From Escherichia phage phiE31-2, in sequence record PP988008.1: a stretch of DNA of 51,468 nt. The stretch is one strand, 5' to 3'. Each line of letters begins with the position of its first letter. Position 1 is the first letter of the stretch. Positions 1-9,801 of the stretch are shown here, in pieces. The position numbers were made by a program, and so were the translations under genes. Below the pieces are notes generated by a model. The model worked only from the letters and a program-made list of their open reading frames with translations, searched no databases and had not been told where the DNA came from.

Positions 1-539
1 ACGGTCTAACCAACCAAATGGCTACATTCCTTGCAACAGGAAAGGCAAACTTTAAGAGCTTCGCAACGTCAATCATCCAAATGATTATCCAGATGATCAC
101 GAAGATGGTTATCTTTAATGCCATATCCGGTGCGATTGGCGGTGACACTTGGACGATTGGAAGCCTTCTTAAAAATGTTGGATTTGCAACTGGTGGATAC
201 ACTGGCGACGGCGGGAAGTATGAGCCAGCAGGTGTTGTCCATAAAGGCGAGTTTGTCATGACGAAGGAGGCCACGAAGCGGATCGGAGTTGGAAATCTTT
301 ACAAAATGATGCGCGGTTATGCAAATGGCGGCGTTGTTGGCGGCACTTCATACACTGGCGGCGGAGTTTCATCTGGAGCAACAAATCTTAATATTGGCGG
401 GATCAGCGTTGATATTAACAGCGGAAACGATCCGAAAGGGTTGGAGACTGGCGTAAAAATGATTTTCACTGATATGATTAAGCGATCCTGTACGCAAGGT
501 GGGGAAGTTTACGAATTTGTTATGTCTAAGCGGGGGTGA
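1..539 (+). CDS. tail tape measure protein, C-terminal segment (5' end outside window)
   Basis: Frame open from nt 3 to stop at 537-539; Gly-rich TMP-like C-terminus; directly followed by lambda-like M/L/K/I/J genes; in frame with 49335..51468 across the junction. Confidence 0.8.
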   Translation, partial: GLTNQMATFLATGKANFKSFATSIIQMIIQMITKMVIFNAISGAIGGDTWTIGSLLKNVGFATGGYTGDGGKYEPAGVVHKGEFVMTKEATKRIGVGNLYKMMRGYANGGVVGGTSYTGGGVSSGATNLNIGGISVDINSGNDPKGLETGVKMIFTDMIKRSCTQGGEVYEFVMSKRG

Positions 540-892
540 TAGTGAAACTTGAGCAATTCAAATGGTGTACGCAAACGCAAGGAGGCGGCGGCACTATGAC
601 CACATCAAATAACGACAGGGAAATCTCATTTGGTAATGGTTACACGCAGGTTGCTTCAGGAGGGTTTAACACGGTACGCAGGGAGTTTTCCATTGTCTAT
701 GTGGGTAATGATTACCGAGATGTTGTTGACTTCCTGAATGGTCACAGGTTGAAGCCGTTTTTATGGTTTATGCCTGACGGTCAACCTGGTCTATTCAGGG
801 TGAAATCCGGTAGCGTTGGATTGACTCCAATATCAGCAACCGTTCAGGAAGTGAAAGCAACATTTACTGAGCAATTTACATCAATGCAATAA
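536..892 (+). CDS. minor tail protein (lambda gpM-like)
   Basis: 118 aa; FKW..FGNGY..FLW pattern resembles lambda M; GTG start overlaps TMP stop; alternative ATG at 596 preceded by AGGAGG. Confidence 0.7.
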   Translation: MIVKLEQFKWCTQTQGGGGTMTTSNNDREISFGNGYTQVASGGFNTVRREFSIVYVGNDYRDVVDFLNGHRLKPFLWFMPDGQPGLFRVKSGSVGLTPISATVQEVKATFTEQFTSMQ

Positions 893-896
893 TTCA

Positions 897-919
897 AGCC
901 GCCTTTGTGCGGCTTTTTT
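897..919 (+). terminator. rho-independent terminator-like hairpin after M
   Basis: GCCGC-loop-GCGGC followed by TTTTTTATT. Confidence 0.55.
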
Positions 920-953
920 ATTGATGATACAATGCACGAAAGGAGGTGCAATT

Positions 954-1715
954 ATGGCTAATGAAACAACAGGTCGCGCGGATCTTGAAAATTGTCTGCA
1001 AAGCCTTTACCCTGGCGAGATTATCACGCTAATTGAAATTGACGGCACAAAGTTTGGCGCAAACATTTACCGCATACACAATGAGAACATCTCATACACT
1101 GCGGAAGAATTATTGCAGGCGCGAGAAACTGGAGTTCTTCCGCCGAAAGAGATTACATTCCGTGGTGAGGTTTACGGAGCGCGCCCGTTCGGAATATCTG
1201 GAATCAACTTCACAAGCAACGGAAAGGCTGATAAGCCACAATTGATACTATCAAACCTTGATAGCCAGGTGAGCGCGATGATTCGCAACTTTAACGGCAT
1301 GATGCAAGCTAAGGTTACAATCTGGATCACGCCAGCGGAATTAATGGGGAAAGATGGCAGCATTAAAGATGGAGCATCAAGAAAGCTGGTTTACTACATT
1401 GAGCGCCCAAGCCATTACAATAGAATGATGGCGAAATTTGACCTGACATCGCCTTATGATATGGATGGAATAATGATTCCTCCGCGAATAACTCAAAGCG
1501 TTTGTTATTGGGCGCAGCGTGGATGGTATCGAAGCGGAAAAGGTTGCGGATACAATGGATCGCGAATGTTTGACAAAGACAACAATCCTGTAACCGATCC
1601 ATCTCAAGACTTTTGCGCAGGAACTGTAACAGCGTGCAAACTTCGTTTTGGTGCAGATAAGCAGCTTGATTTTGGCGGTGCACCAGTAGCAAGCCTGTTA
1701 AGGAGAAATCAGTGA
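954..1715 (+). CDS. minor tail protein (lambda gpL-like)
   Basis: ATG preceded by AGGAGG; size and position after M; Cys-rich C-terminal region as in L-like proteins. Confidence 0.8.
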   Translation: MANETTGRADLENCLQSLYPGEIITLIEIDGTKFGANIYRIHNENISYTAEELLQARETGVLPPKEITFRGEVYGARPFGISGINFTSNGKADKPQLILSNLDSQVSAMIRNFNGMMQAKVTIWITPAELMGKDGSIKDGASRKLVYYIERPSHYNRMMAKFDLTSPYDMDGIMIPPRITQSVCYWAQRGWYRSGKGCGYNGSRMFDKDNNPVTDPSQDFCAGTVTACKLRFGADKQLDFGGAPVASLLRRNQ

Positions 1716-2446
1716 TGATTAGTGCAAAAATAAAACTTGAAATAATGCAGCACGTAAAAGATGAATACCCGCGCGAGGCGTGCGGGGTTATCACTCAAAA
1801 ATCACGCGTGCAAAAATACCACCGCATAACCAACGTGCATGATGATCCTGAAAATCATTTTGAGATGAACGCAATTGAATACGTTGAGGCGTGTGAAAGT
1901 GGCGAGCTTATTGCTGTTGTGCATAGCCACACTGGAGACGGGGCAAGTACAATTCCAAGCGCCCATGATACATGCATGTGTGATGAAATGGGTGTTTCAT
2001 GGGTTATTGTGTCATGGCCCGAAGGTGATATGAGAATCATTGAGCCTGAATCTCGTCCTCTGATTGGTCGCCCGTGGTCGCTTGGTGCGTATGATTGCTG
2101 GGGGCTTATTATGGCATGGCACAAGCAACATGGCGTTATCCTTAATGATTTCAGGAAACCATATGAATGGTGGAAGCCTGAGTACGGTGAAAATCTTTAT
2201 CAAGAAAATTATCTGAAAGAGGGTTTTGTTGAAACAGGAGAGCCGCCAAAACCTGGTGATATGGTTATCTTTCAGCTTTCCGCGCCAGTGTGGAATCATG
2301 CAGGCATTTATCTTGGCAACAATCAGTTGCTTCATCATGCCTTTGGTAAGTTGTCGAGGGTTGATTTGTATTCTGGATGGTATCAGGAACATGCAAAAAT
2401 GGTTTGTAGACATAAGGATCTGAAATATGACTTTGAAGGTAATTAA
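1715..2446 (+). CDS. tail assembly protein (lambda gpK-like; MPN/JAB plus NlpC/P60-like)
   Basis: ATG overlaps L stop (ATGA); HSH-x-D metal-binding-like motif (VVHSHTGDG) and C-terminal Cys/His peptidase-like region; synteny. Confidence 0.8.
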   Translation: MISAKIKLEIMQHVKDEYPREACGVITQKSRVQKYHRITNVHDDPENHFEMNAIEYVEACESGELIAVVHSHTGDGASTIPSAHDTCMCDEMGVSWVIVSWPEGDMRIIEPESRPLIGRPWSLGAYDCWGLIMAWHKQHGVILNDFRKPYEWWKPEYGENLYQENYLKEGFVETGEPPKPGDMVIFQLSAPVWNHAGIYLGNNQLLHHAFGKLSRVDLYSGWYQEHAKMVCRHKDLKYDFEGN

Positions 2447-3023
2447 ATTATCTGGATCTTTAGGGCGAAGATTTGGTGTATTTCATAAGCTGGCTGTTGA
2501 CTCATACCCTGAAGCAATCCGTGCGCTATCTTCGCAGGTGGAAGGATTCAAGGACTACATGCAAAGCGAAGTAGGATCGCGAATGCGTTACGCTGTATTT
2601 GTTGACGGTAAGAATGTAGGACAGCACGATGAAAAAGCGTGGCAATGCGCAAAGGAAGTGAGGATTATTCCAATCCCAACAGGTTCAAAGTCTGGCGGGT
2701 TGTTTCAGGTTGTTCTTGGCGCGGTTATTATGGCGACTGCATTTTTCACTGGCGGCGCTTCACTTGCTTTGATGGGCGCTTTTGCATCTTCTGCTTTCAT
2801 GATGGGTGGTGCTATGGTGCTTGGCGGAGTAATGCAAATGATCTCACCGCAGCAAGGAGGATCAAGATTGTCATCCCAATCAGCAAAAAACAAGCCGTCT
2901 TATGCTTTCGGTGGCGCTGTTAACACAACGGCAGCAGGATACCCAATACCATTGCCATATGGTCAAAGGACCGTCGGCGGAGCTATCTGGTCGGCTGGGA
3001 GTTATGCAGAAGATAAGGCTTAA
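2427..3023 (+). CDS. tail assembly protein (lambda gpI-like)
   Basis: 198 aa; hydrophobic Gly/Ala-rich C-terminal half typical of I-like proteins; overlaps K end; lies between K and J. Confidence 0.75.
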   Translation: MTLKVIKLSGSLGRRFGVFHKLAVDSYPEAIRALSSQVEGFKDYMQSEVGSRMRYAVFVDGKNVGQHDEKAWQCAKEVRIIPIPTGSKSGGLFQVVLGAVIMATAFFTGGASLALMGAFASSAFMMGGAMVLGGVMQMISPQQGGSRLSSQSAKNKPSYAFGGAVNTTAAGYPIPLPYGQRTVGGAIWSAGSYAEDKA

Positions 3024-3031
3024 TATAAAAG

Positions 3032-3058
3032 AGTCGCGCGTTGCGCGGCTTTTTTTTT
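3032..3058 (+). terminator. rho-independent terminator-like hairpin between I and J
   Basis: CGCGCG inverted repeat followed by nine T. Confidence 0.6.
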
Positions 3059-3103
3059 GCCCGTATAATTCAACAAATCAAATAGCACAAAAGGTGAAAA
3101 AGC

Positions 3104-6100
3104 ATGGCTGAAAATATGATAACGGGCAGTAAGGGTGGATCATCAAAACCTTATGTTCCGAAAGAGATGGAAGATAACCTGATCTCAATCAACAAAATCA
3201 AAATCCTTCTTGCCGTTTCCGATGGTGAGTGTGATCCAGATTTTACACTTCGCGATCTGTATCTTGATGATGTTCCGGTAATTGCAGACGACGGAACTGT
3301 TAACTACCAGGGTGTGAAAGCTGAATTTCGACCTGGAACGCAGACGCAAGATTACATCAAGGGGTTTACTGACACATCAAGCGAAGTGACGCTGGCGCGT
3401 GACATTACTACATCAAATCCTTATGTAATTTCTGTAACCAACAAAACATTATCGGCTATCAGAATCAAAATGCTAATGCCAACAGGCATTAAGCAAGAGG
3501 ATAACGGCGATCTTGTCGGAGTTAAGGTTACTTATGCTGTTGATATGGCTGTTGACGGAGACTCTTACAAAGAAGTATTGCGAGACACTATCGAAGGTAA
3601 AACGCGTTCCGGTTACGACAGAAGCCGAAGGATTGACCTTCCGGCATTTAATGATCGCGTATTGCTTAGGGTTAGAAGGGTTACGGCAGACAGCGCATCA
3701 TCTCGCGTTACTGATCTGATTAAGCTACAAAGTTACGCTGAGGTTATTGATGCAAAATTCCGTTATCCTCTGACTGGTCTTGTATACGTTGAATTTGACA
3801 GTGAGTTGTTCCCTAACCAGATCCCTAACATTTCAATCAAGAAGAAATGGAAGCTGATTAACGTTCCGAGTAACTACGATCCTGTTTTGAGAGAGTATCA
3901 TGGTTCATGGGATGGTACTTTCAAGAAAGCGTGGTCGAACAATCCGGCGTGGGTTCTTTATGACATTATCACAAACCAGCGATACGGATTAGATCAGCGA
4001 GAACTTGGTGTGCAGGTTGACAAATGGAGTCTTTACGAAGCGGCGCAATACTGCGATCAGAAAGTGCCGGATGGAAAAGGCGGTACAGAGCCGCGTTATC
4101 TATGCGACGTTGTGATTCAAAGCCAGATTGAGGCTTATCAGCTTATTCGTGATATTTGCTCAATCTTCCGAGGCATGAGCTTTTGGAATGGCGAGAGCTT
4201 GTCAATCGTCATTGATAAGCCGCGCGATCCGTCGTACATCTTCACCAATGACAACGTTGTTGATGGTGATTTTCAGTACACAACAGCAAGCGAAAAGAGC
4301 ATGTACACGCAGTGCAACGTGACGTTTGACGACGAACAAAACATGTATCAACAGGACGTAGAGGGCGTATTCGACACAGAGGCCGCATTGCGCTTTGGAT
4401 ACAATCCGACAAGCATAACAGCGATCGGATGTACACGCAGGAGTGAGGCTAATCGTCGCGGTCGATGGATACTAAAAACCAACTTGCGCAGCACTACGGT
4501 AAACTTTGCTACTGGACTGGAAGGCATGATCCCATCAATAGGTGATGTGATTGCTATTGCTGACAACTTTCACAGCAGCAACCTGAAGTTAAACCTATCA
4601 GGGCGCGTGATGGAAGTTTCCGGCTTGCAGGTGTTCGTTCCGTTTAAGATTGACGCGCGACCAGGTGATTTCATTATCATCAACAAGCCGGACGGAAAGC
4701 CAGTTAAGCGCACAATCTCAAAAGTAAGCGGTGACGGAAAAACCATTGAGCTAAACATTGGGTTTGGGTTTGAAGTTAAGCCGGATACAGTTTTTGCAAT
4801 CGACCGCACTGATATTGCATTGCAGCAATACGTTGTAACGAGTATCGGCAAAGGTGATGATGATGATGAATTTACATACTCCATCACGGCTGTTGAATAT
4901 GACCCGAACAAATACGACGAGATTGATTATGGAGTAAACATTGACGACAGGCCAACTTCAATTGTCCAGCCTGACACAATGGCAGCGCCTGAAAATGTGC
5001 AAATATCCTCATACTCGCGAATTGTCCAGGGTGCAAGCGTTGAAACAATGGTTGTGTCGTGGGATAAAGTACCTTACGCATCGCTGTATGAAATGCAATG
5101 GCGAAAGGGTGATGGCAACTGGCTGAATACACCACAGACAGCAAACAAAGAAATTGAGGTTGAAGGTATTTATTCAGGAAACTACCAGGTAAGGGTTAGA
5201 TCTGTTTCCGCTTCAGGTTCTACGTCTCCGTGGTCCAGAATTGTGACAGCATCACTGACTGGTAAGGTAGGAGAGCCAGGCGCGCCAGTTAACTTAACCG
5301 CATCCGACAATGAAGTGTTTGGCATTCGTGTTAAGTGGGGGATGCCAGAAGGGAGCGGAGACACTGCATACATTGAGCTTCATCAGTCGCCAGATGGAAC
5401 AGCGGAAAACTCAAGACTGCTAACGCTGATCCCGTATCCACAATATGAATACTGGCATGGAACGCTTCCGGCTGGTCATGTTGTATGGTATCGGATCAGG
5501 AGCGTAGACAGGATCGGTAACGTTTCCGGTTGGACTGATTTTGTTAGAGGTATGGCTTCAGATGATGTGGAGGCTGTTTTAGGAGATATTCTTGATAAGA
5601 TTTTTGATACTGAAGCAGGTCAGGATCTTAAAGAGAACGCCATTGACAGTGCAAACAAGATAAAGGACCAGGCGCAAGCAATCATCCAGAATGCTCTTGC
5701 TAATGATGCTGATATTAAGTGGACGCGAGTACAAAATGGAAAGCGAAAGGCTGAATATGGTCACGCGCTTGAGCTTATCGCCACAGAGACTGAGGCGCGA
5801 GTTACGCAGATTGAAGAATTGAGGGCGTCAATCGACGAGGATATTGTTTCAAGCATAAAGACAGTGCAGGAGGCTATCGCCACAGAATCTGAAACGCGAG
5901 CAACTCAAATAAATGCTTTGGATTCAAAATTCACAACTGAAATTGACGGTGTAAAACGCGATACAGCCGCAAGCATTAATCAGGTGAATCAAACCATTGC
6001 CAATGAGTCAGAAGCGCGCGCGCAGGCCGTTAACGCGCTTGATGCGAAGTTCACAAAGGAGATCGAAGATTTAAACGGAGTCATTAAGACTGAGGTTGAG

Positions 6101-6682
6101 GCTAACATCTCTGAAGTGAAACAGGCTATCGCTAATGAGACAGAAGCAAGGGTGCAGGCTGACCAAGCGTTAACAGCTAAGTTCGGAGACGTTGAATCTG
6201 CATTAGCTCAAAAACTTGATTCGTGGGCTAACGTTGATTCGGTTGGCGCTAAGTACGCCATGAAATTGGGCCTTACTTACAACGGGCAGAAGTACAGCGC
6301 AGGAATGGTAATGCAGCTTTCTCAGAGTTCATCCGGCCTTATCTCGCAAATTTTGTTTGATGCGAATAGGTTTGCGATTATGACTAGCTCGACTGGCGGA
6401 GTGTATACGCTGCCTTTCGTTGTTGAAAATAACCAGGTATTCATCAATAGCTTGTTAGTTAAAAACGGATCAATAAACAATGCGATGATCGGTAACTTCA
6501 TCCAATCAAACAATTACGTTTGGAATCAAACAGGATGGAGGTTGGATAAAAACGGCACGTTTGAAAATTATGGTTCTACTCCTGGAGAGGGAGCCATGAA
6601 AATGACAAACGAAACGATCAGCGTTAGGGATGCAAACGGCGTTTTGCGTGTTCAGATTGGGCGTATCACAGGTTATTGGTAA
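3104..6682 (+). CDS. central tail fiber / host specificity protein (lambda gpJ-like)
   Basis: 1192 aa ORF after I; RBS AAGGTGA; coiled-coil repeat region in C-terminal third; position in tail module. Confidence 0.85.
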   Translation: MAENMITGSKGGSSKPYVPKEMEDNLISINKIKILLAVSDGECDPDFTLRDLYLDDVPVIADDGTVNYQGVKAEFRPGTQTQDYIKGFTDTSSEVTLARDITTSNPYVISVTNKTLSAIRIKMLMPTGIKQEDNGDLVGVKVTYAVDMAVDGDSYKEVLRDTIEGKTRSGYDRSRRIDLPAFNDRVLLRVRRVTADSASSRVTDLIKLQSYAEVIDAKFRYPLTGLVYVEFDSELFPNQIPNISIKKKWKLINVPSNYDPVLREYHGSWDGTFKKAWSNNPAWVLYDIITNQRYGLDQRELGVQVDKWSLYEAAQYCDQKVPDGKGGTEPRYLCDVVIQSQIEAYQLIRDICSIFRGMSFWNGESLSIVIDKPRDPSYIFTNDNVVDGDFQYTTASEKSMYTQCNVTFDDEQNMYQQDVEGVFDTEAALRFGYNPTSITAIGCTRRSEANRRGRWILKTNLRSTTVNFATGLEGMIPSIGDVIAIADNFHSSNLKLNLSGRVMEVSGLQVFVPFKIDARPGDFIIINKPDGKPVKRTISKVSGDGKTIELNIGFGFEVKPDTVFAIDRTDIALQQYVVTSIGKGDDDDEFTYSITAVEYDPNKYDEIDYGVNIDDRPTSIVQPDTMAAPENVQISSYSRIVQGASVETMVVSWDKVPYASLYEMQWRKGDGNWLNTPQTANKEIEVEGIYSGNYQVRVRSVSASGSTSPWSRIVTASLTGKVGEPGAPVNLTASDNEVFGIRVKWGMPEGSGDTAYIELHQSPDGTAENSRLLTLIPYPQYEYWHGTLPAGHVVWYRIRSVDRIGNVSGWTDFVRGMASDDVEAVLGDILDKIFDTEAGQDLKENAIDSANKIKDQAQAIIQNALANDADIKWTRVQNGKRKAEYGHALELIATETEARVTQIEELRASIDEDIVSSIKTVQEAIATESETRATQINALDSKFTTEIDGVKRDTAASINQVNQTIANESEARAQAVNALDAKFTKEIEDLNGVIKTEVEANISEVKQAIANETEARVQADQALTAKFGDVESALAQKLDSWANVDSVGAKYAMKLGLTYNGQKYSAGMVMQLSQSSSGLISQILFDANRFAIMTSSTGGVYTLPFVVENNQVFINSLLVKNGSINNAMIGNFIQSNNYVWNQTGWRLDKNGTFENYGSTPGEGAMKMTNETISVRDANGVLRVQIGRITGYW

Positions 6683-6688
6683 AAGCAA

Positions 6689-6716
6689 AGGGAGGCGCAT
6701 TGCCTCCCTTTTTTTA
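6689..6716. terminator. bidirectional terminator between J and convergent leftward operon
   Basis: GGGAGGC-GCATT-GCCTCCC followed by TTTTTTT, A/T-rich on the other side. Confidence 0.65.
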
Positions 6717-7331
6717 TTAGTCATATTTTGATGCGTCTATAGCAAGTATTGATGAAGAATAATAAACCCCAAGCGGACCAGGCGTTTGAGCAACCTGCTT
6801 TGATATTGAGTAAATATTTGATCCAGATGCGCCGGATTGTGATTCAAATATCATGTGACCGCCAAGTTGAGGATTTGGAACGGAGTTTATTGCCGTTTGA
6901 AATGGCGTTACAGCGCATGTATAACCCAAATAAACATCAAATGTTATTCCGCTAACTGGTATTTGGTGAGCCTCTAAAGGCTTCATTTTTCCGTGGTATG
7001 TCATTTGACCAGCGGAATTATAAAACGCTATTCCGTGACTACCAGGACTTGTTACCATATCGCTAAAAGCGTAAACCCTAATCCATCCAGGGTTGTCCGT
7101 CCTATCAATCCTAAGTGCATGATAACCACCATTATTTATGTGAGAAAAAGCAGTGTATGCACGAGATCCCATTCTCACAAAGAAAAAGCATACACGATCA
7201 AATGGTATTGATGTTTGATAAATGGAGCCGTTATAAACCCCCATATCACCTCGATTAATTAAATTCACAGGCGTAAAATCAGGACTTAGCCAAATTGACC
7301 CATCCGGCTTTGTGATCTGCATTCCGTACAT
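6717..7331 (-). CDS. hypothetical protein, candidate receptor-binding module component
   Basis: 204 aa; ATG 2 nt after stop of upstream gene (TAAcATG) with GGGGG RBS; Gly/Ser/Asn-rich; convergent with J and co-transcribed with lipoprotein. Confidence 0.5.
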   Translation of the reverse strand: MYGMQITKPDGSIWLSPDFTPVNLINRGDMGVYNGSIYQTSIPFDRVCFFFVRMGSRAYTAFSHINNGGYHALRIDRTDNPGWIRVYAFSDMVTSPGSHGIAFYNSAGQMTYHGKMKPLEAHQIPVSGITFDVYLGYTCAVTPFQTAINSVPNPQLGGHMIFESQSGASGSNIYSISKQVAQTPGPLGVYYSSSILAIDASKYD

Positions 7332-7332
7332 G

Positions 7333-7608
7333 TTACCCCCAAAACGTATATATATATCTTGACTCGCCAGCATTAAGACCAGACCACGAAACAGTATTCC
7401 CGCTAACGTTTATTGTTGGTGCTCCCCAGTTAACTCCAGCCCACGTCTGCGTTCCAATATATCCAGCCTTTAATGTTTTTCCTGGTGGCTGATTGTAATA
7501 TGTCTTGCTTCCTGATGGTTGTGTGAATCTATCCAGGAAGAATACAGGAGTTAATAAACCAGTAACATCCCTTCCTTGTTCGTCGTAAATTGCGTAACCG
7601 TATGCCAT
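7333..7608 (-). CDS. hypothetical protein, candidate receptor-binding module component
   Basis: 91 aa; ATG overlaps stop of lipoprotein gene (TAATG); N-terminus resembles that of the downstream 204-aa protein. Confidence 0.5.
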   Translation of the reverse strand: MAYGYAIYDEQGRDVTGLLTPVFFLDRFTQPSGSKTYYNQPPGKTLKAGYIGTQTWAGVNWGAPTINVSGNTVSWSGLNAGESRYIYTFWG

Positions 7609-7877
7609 TATTTGCACTCCACATAATCAAAATTATCCTCGCTTTGCCACCTGTGAACGAAAGTTACATATTTTTGTGATGGAGCTACGCGATAGTGTTT
7701 TTCACCGAATCTGTTTTCGCGCACAGCGTTTATTTTCACAGGATAGCTATCATTTACAGGGAATGTTTTCACCATGTATGAGCCAACGCAATCAACCTCT
7801 TTATAGCCCCCATCCATTGACGCAGAACAACCAGTCAGGGCAACGGCGGCAATCAAAACGGCTATTAACTTTTTCAT
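7608..7877 (-). CDS. outer-membrane lipoprotein, putative superinfection exclusion (Cor/Llp-like)
   Basis: Signal peptide MKKLIAVLIAAVALTGC with lipobox LTGC; AAGGAGA RBS; adjacent to tail-tip genes. Confidence 0.6.
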   Translation of the reverse strand: MKKLIAVLIAAVALTGCSASMDGGYKEVDCVGSYMVKTFPVNDSYPVKINAVRENRFGEKHYRVAPSQKYVTFVHRWQSEDNFDYVECK

Positions 7878-7910
7878 TTTTGGTGTCTCCTTAGTTGTTG
7901 TTGGTTGCAA

Positions 7911-7952
7911 CTATACACGATCTTGCGGTGGGCGTTTAGCAAAAAGTGCCAC
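7911..7952 (-). promoter_or_regulatory. conserved-motif promoter-like element (lipoprotein/RBP operon)
   Basis: Minus strand TGGCACTTTTTGCTAAAC - 18 nt - TATAGT, then RBS and ATG of lipoprotein. Confidence 0.5.
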
Positions 7953-8062
7953 TCTGTTCTTTTTGTTCTCCTGCGTTCTCAAATCTGCGGAGGCTTAAAT
8001 TTAGCTCAAAATGTGAGCAACAATAGAGCGATATACATACAGATAAATATATATACATACAT

Positions 8063-8190
8063 ATAAATCAATAAGTTAGTAGTATATATATTTATATTTG
8101 TTCTTTATTGTTATCTATGTTTTGTGTGATTTTGTGTGTCTGGTGATTTTTCTGTGATTATGTATGTGTCAGTGGTTGTGTGTGTCTATA
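8063..8190. repeat. AT-rich conserved core plus GTGAT(T) iteron cluster, copy A
   Basis: ~50-bp core (ATAAATCAATAAGTTAGT...ATTTATATTTGTT) ~85-90% identical by eye to 30350..30399; followed by repeated GTGATTTT/GGTGATTTTT units. Confidence 0.6.
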
Positions 8191-8322
8191 TATCTATATC
8201 CGGCGCAAATTGAGGAGCAAGAGAACAAAAAGACAACAAAGATATTTATCAATCACTTACATGTAAGTTTTGTTATCAAAGATGTCTAGAACGTTGTTAG
8301 AACAGAAAAAACAAAATAACTA

Positions 8323-8350
8323 TTGACTAAACGCATCAAATAGCTACAAT
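8323..8350 (+). promoter_or_regulatory. sigma70-like promoter for recombination operon
   Basis: TTGACT - 16 nt - TACAAT about 30 nt upstream of exonuclease ATG. Confidence 0.55.
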
Positions 8351-8379
8351 GCAGACATACCAACCAATGAGGGCAAATC

Positions 8380-9441
8380 ATGAATAAGTTTATGGCGTAC
8401 ACCAGCGAAGAAATGAGCAACGAGCTTTATCACAATCCAGAAGCGTGGACTGCTGATTATGTTAGCGGTTCAAGCCTGGCAGAGATTTACAGCACATGCC
8501 CGGCAGCGTGGAAGTTCAAGCCGCGTGACGACAAGAGCAAGGCGCTAGTTTTTGGTACGCAGTCGCATACCAATTTTGAAAGCAAGGAGCTTTTCGAAAA
8601 AACCTATCGCCGTGCGCCAGCGCCAGAAGACTTTAAGGATCTGATAACCAGCCAAACGGAGCTTGCTGCAAAGCTAAAATCATTTGGCCTGAAAGGTACA
8701 ACAGGAAAGACTTACCCTGAACTTATAAAAATGTTGGTTGACTGCGGAGAAGACCTTAACGTCATGTGGTTAATCGACATGATCGCAGAAAGTCAAGCCA
8801 GGGCCGATGGGGTTCAGTTAATCGAAGCTAAAGATTACGATGCGTGCGTGGCAATGCGCCAGGTTCTGGAATCAATACCGGAACATAACGCATGTATGAA
8901 TAGCAAGACGGCACAACGTGAATTATCGTTATTCGGTGAAATCAACGGCGTAAAAGTCAAAGTGCGATGCGATCACGTTGACGTAACAAAGAACGTGACA
9001 GCAACTCTTATTGATGGTTACGATGAAAAAGGTCAGCCGATTTGCCGCGATATTATTTATCCAGAAGCTATTGTGATCACTGACTACAAAACAACAATGA
9101 GCGCTAATCCGGTTGAGTTTATGCGCCTGGCTTACAATCACGGCTATTATTTGAAAATGGCGTTGCAATGTGATTTATTCAGAAAAGCGTATCCAGAAGA
9201 AAAGCGACCTATAGTTGTGCGACTGTTAGCGCAAGAGAAGAAAGAGCCTTATTTGCCGTTGGCTTTCCGCATGAACAGCGAGCAATTGAAGATCGGGCGC
9301 ATTCAGTACATGAGCGTAATTAACCAGTTTGCCATGTGCCAGCAACATGACGTTTGGCCTTCGTATTCAAACGGTGAGCCGGAGGTTTGCCTTGATACTC
9401 CTGATTGGGTGCGACGCCAGTTTAAGCAATATCTTATTTAA
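8380..9441 (+). CDS. PD-(D/E)XK-family recombination exonuclease
   Basis: 353 aa; nuclease-like D..(ITDYK) motif; precedes Erf and SSB genes; strong upstream sigma70-like promoter. Confidence 0.65.
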   Translation: MNKFMAYTSEEMSNELYHNPEAWTADYVSGSSLAEIYSTCPAAWKFKPRDDKSKALVFGTQSHTNFESKELFEKTYRRAPAPEDFKDLITSQTELAAKLKSFGLKGTTGKTYPELIKMLVDCGEDLNVMWLIDMIAESQARADGVQLIEAKDYDACVAMRQVLESIPEHNACMNSKTAQRELSLFGEINGVKVKVRCDHVDVTKNVTATLIDGYDEKGQPICRDIIYPEAIVITDYKTTMSANPVEFMRLAYNHGYYLKMALQCDLFRKAYPEEKRPIVVRLLAQEKKEPYLPLAFRMNSEQLKIGRIQYMSVINQFAMCQQHDVWPSYSNGEPEVCLDTPDWVRRQFKQYLI

Positions 9442-9522
9442 ACAGCACAAATAGCTAAACAAATGAAAAATGCGGTGTTATAATTCACCGCATAAGTTAA
9501 CAACAAGCGTAAGGAAATAAAC

Positions 9523-9801
9523 ATGGAAAACAAACAAGTGTCAGAGGTGGCAGTTCATATCAATAATTTTGCAACTGGCATGGCTATGTTGCTTCGTGAC
9601 TTTGTAGCGCCGCTCGATCCAACGGCAGGCGCAGAAGAAATGGAGTACATAAGAAAAGTAATGTATGCAGTAGATAACGTCGTACTTGTTGCAACAATGA
9701 GCGAAGACAACGAGGAAGCAGTCAAGGCGGTAAAAGAAAGTTCTGATCGCATGATGGAAAATCTGATTAAATTACACACCAAAGAAGAAACAAAACATTA
9801 A
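9523..9801 (+). CDS. hypothetical protein
   Basis: 92 aa ORF with AAGGAA RBS between exonuclease and Erf genes. Confidence 0.5.
   Translation: MENKQVSEVAVHINNFATGMAMLLRDFVAPLDPTAGAEEMEYIRKVMYAVDNVVLVATMSEDNEEAVKAVKESSDRMMENLIKLHTKEETKH

Noticed and set aside
3513-6724. Multiple short ORFs on both strands inside the J gene
   Set aside because: All nested within the 1192-aa J reading frame; no independent start signals
8040-8215. AT/GT-rich repeats (and the homologous region 30330-30530) as a CRISPR array
   Set aside because: No regularly spaced identical direct repeats with unique spacers; repeats are short degenerate GTGAT units with irregular spacing
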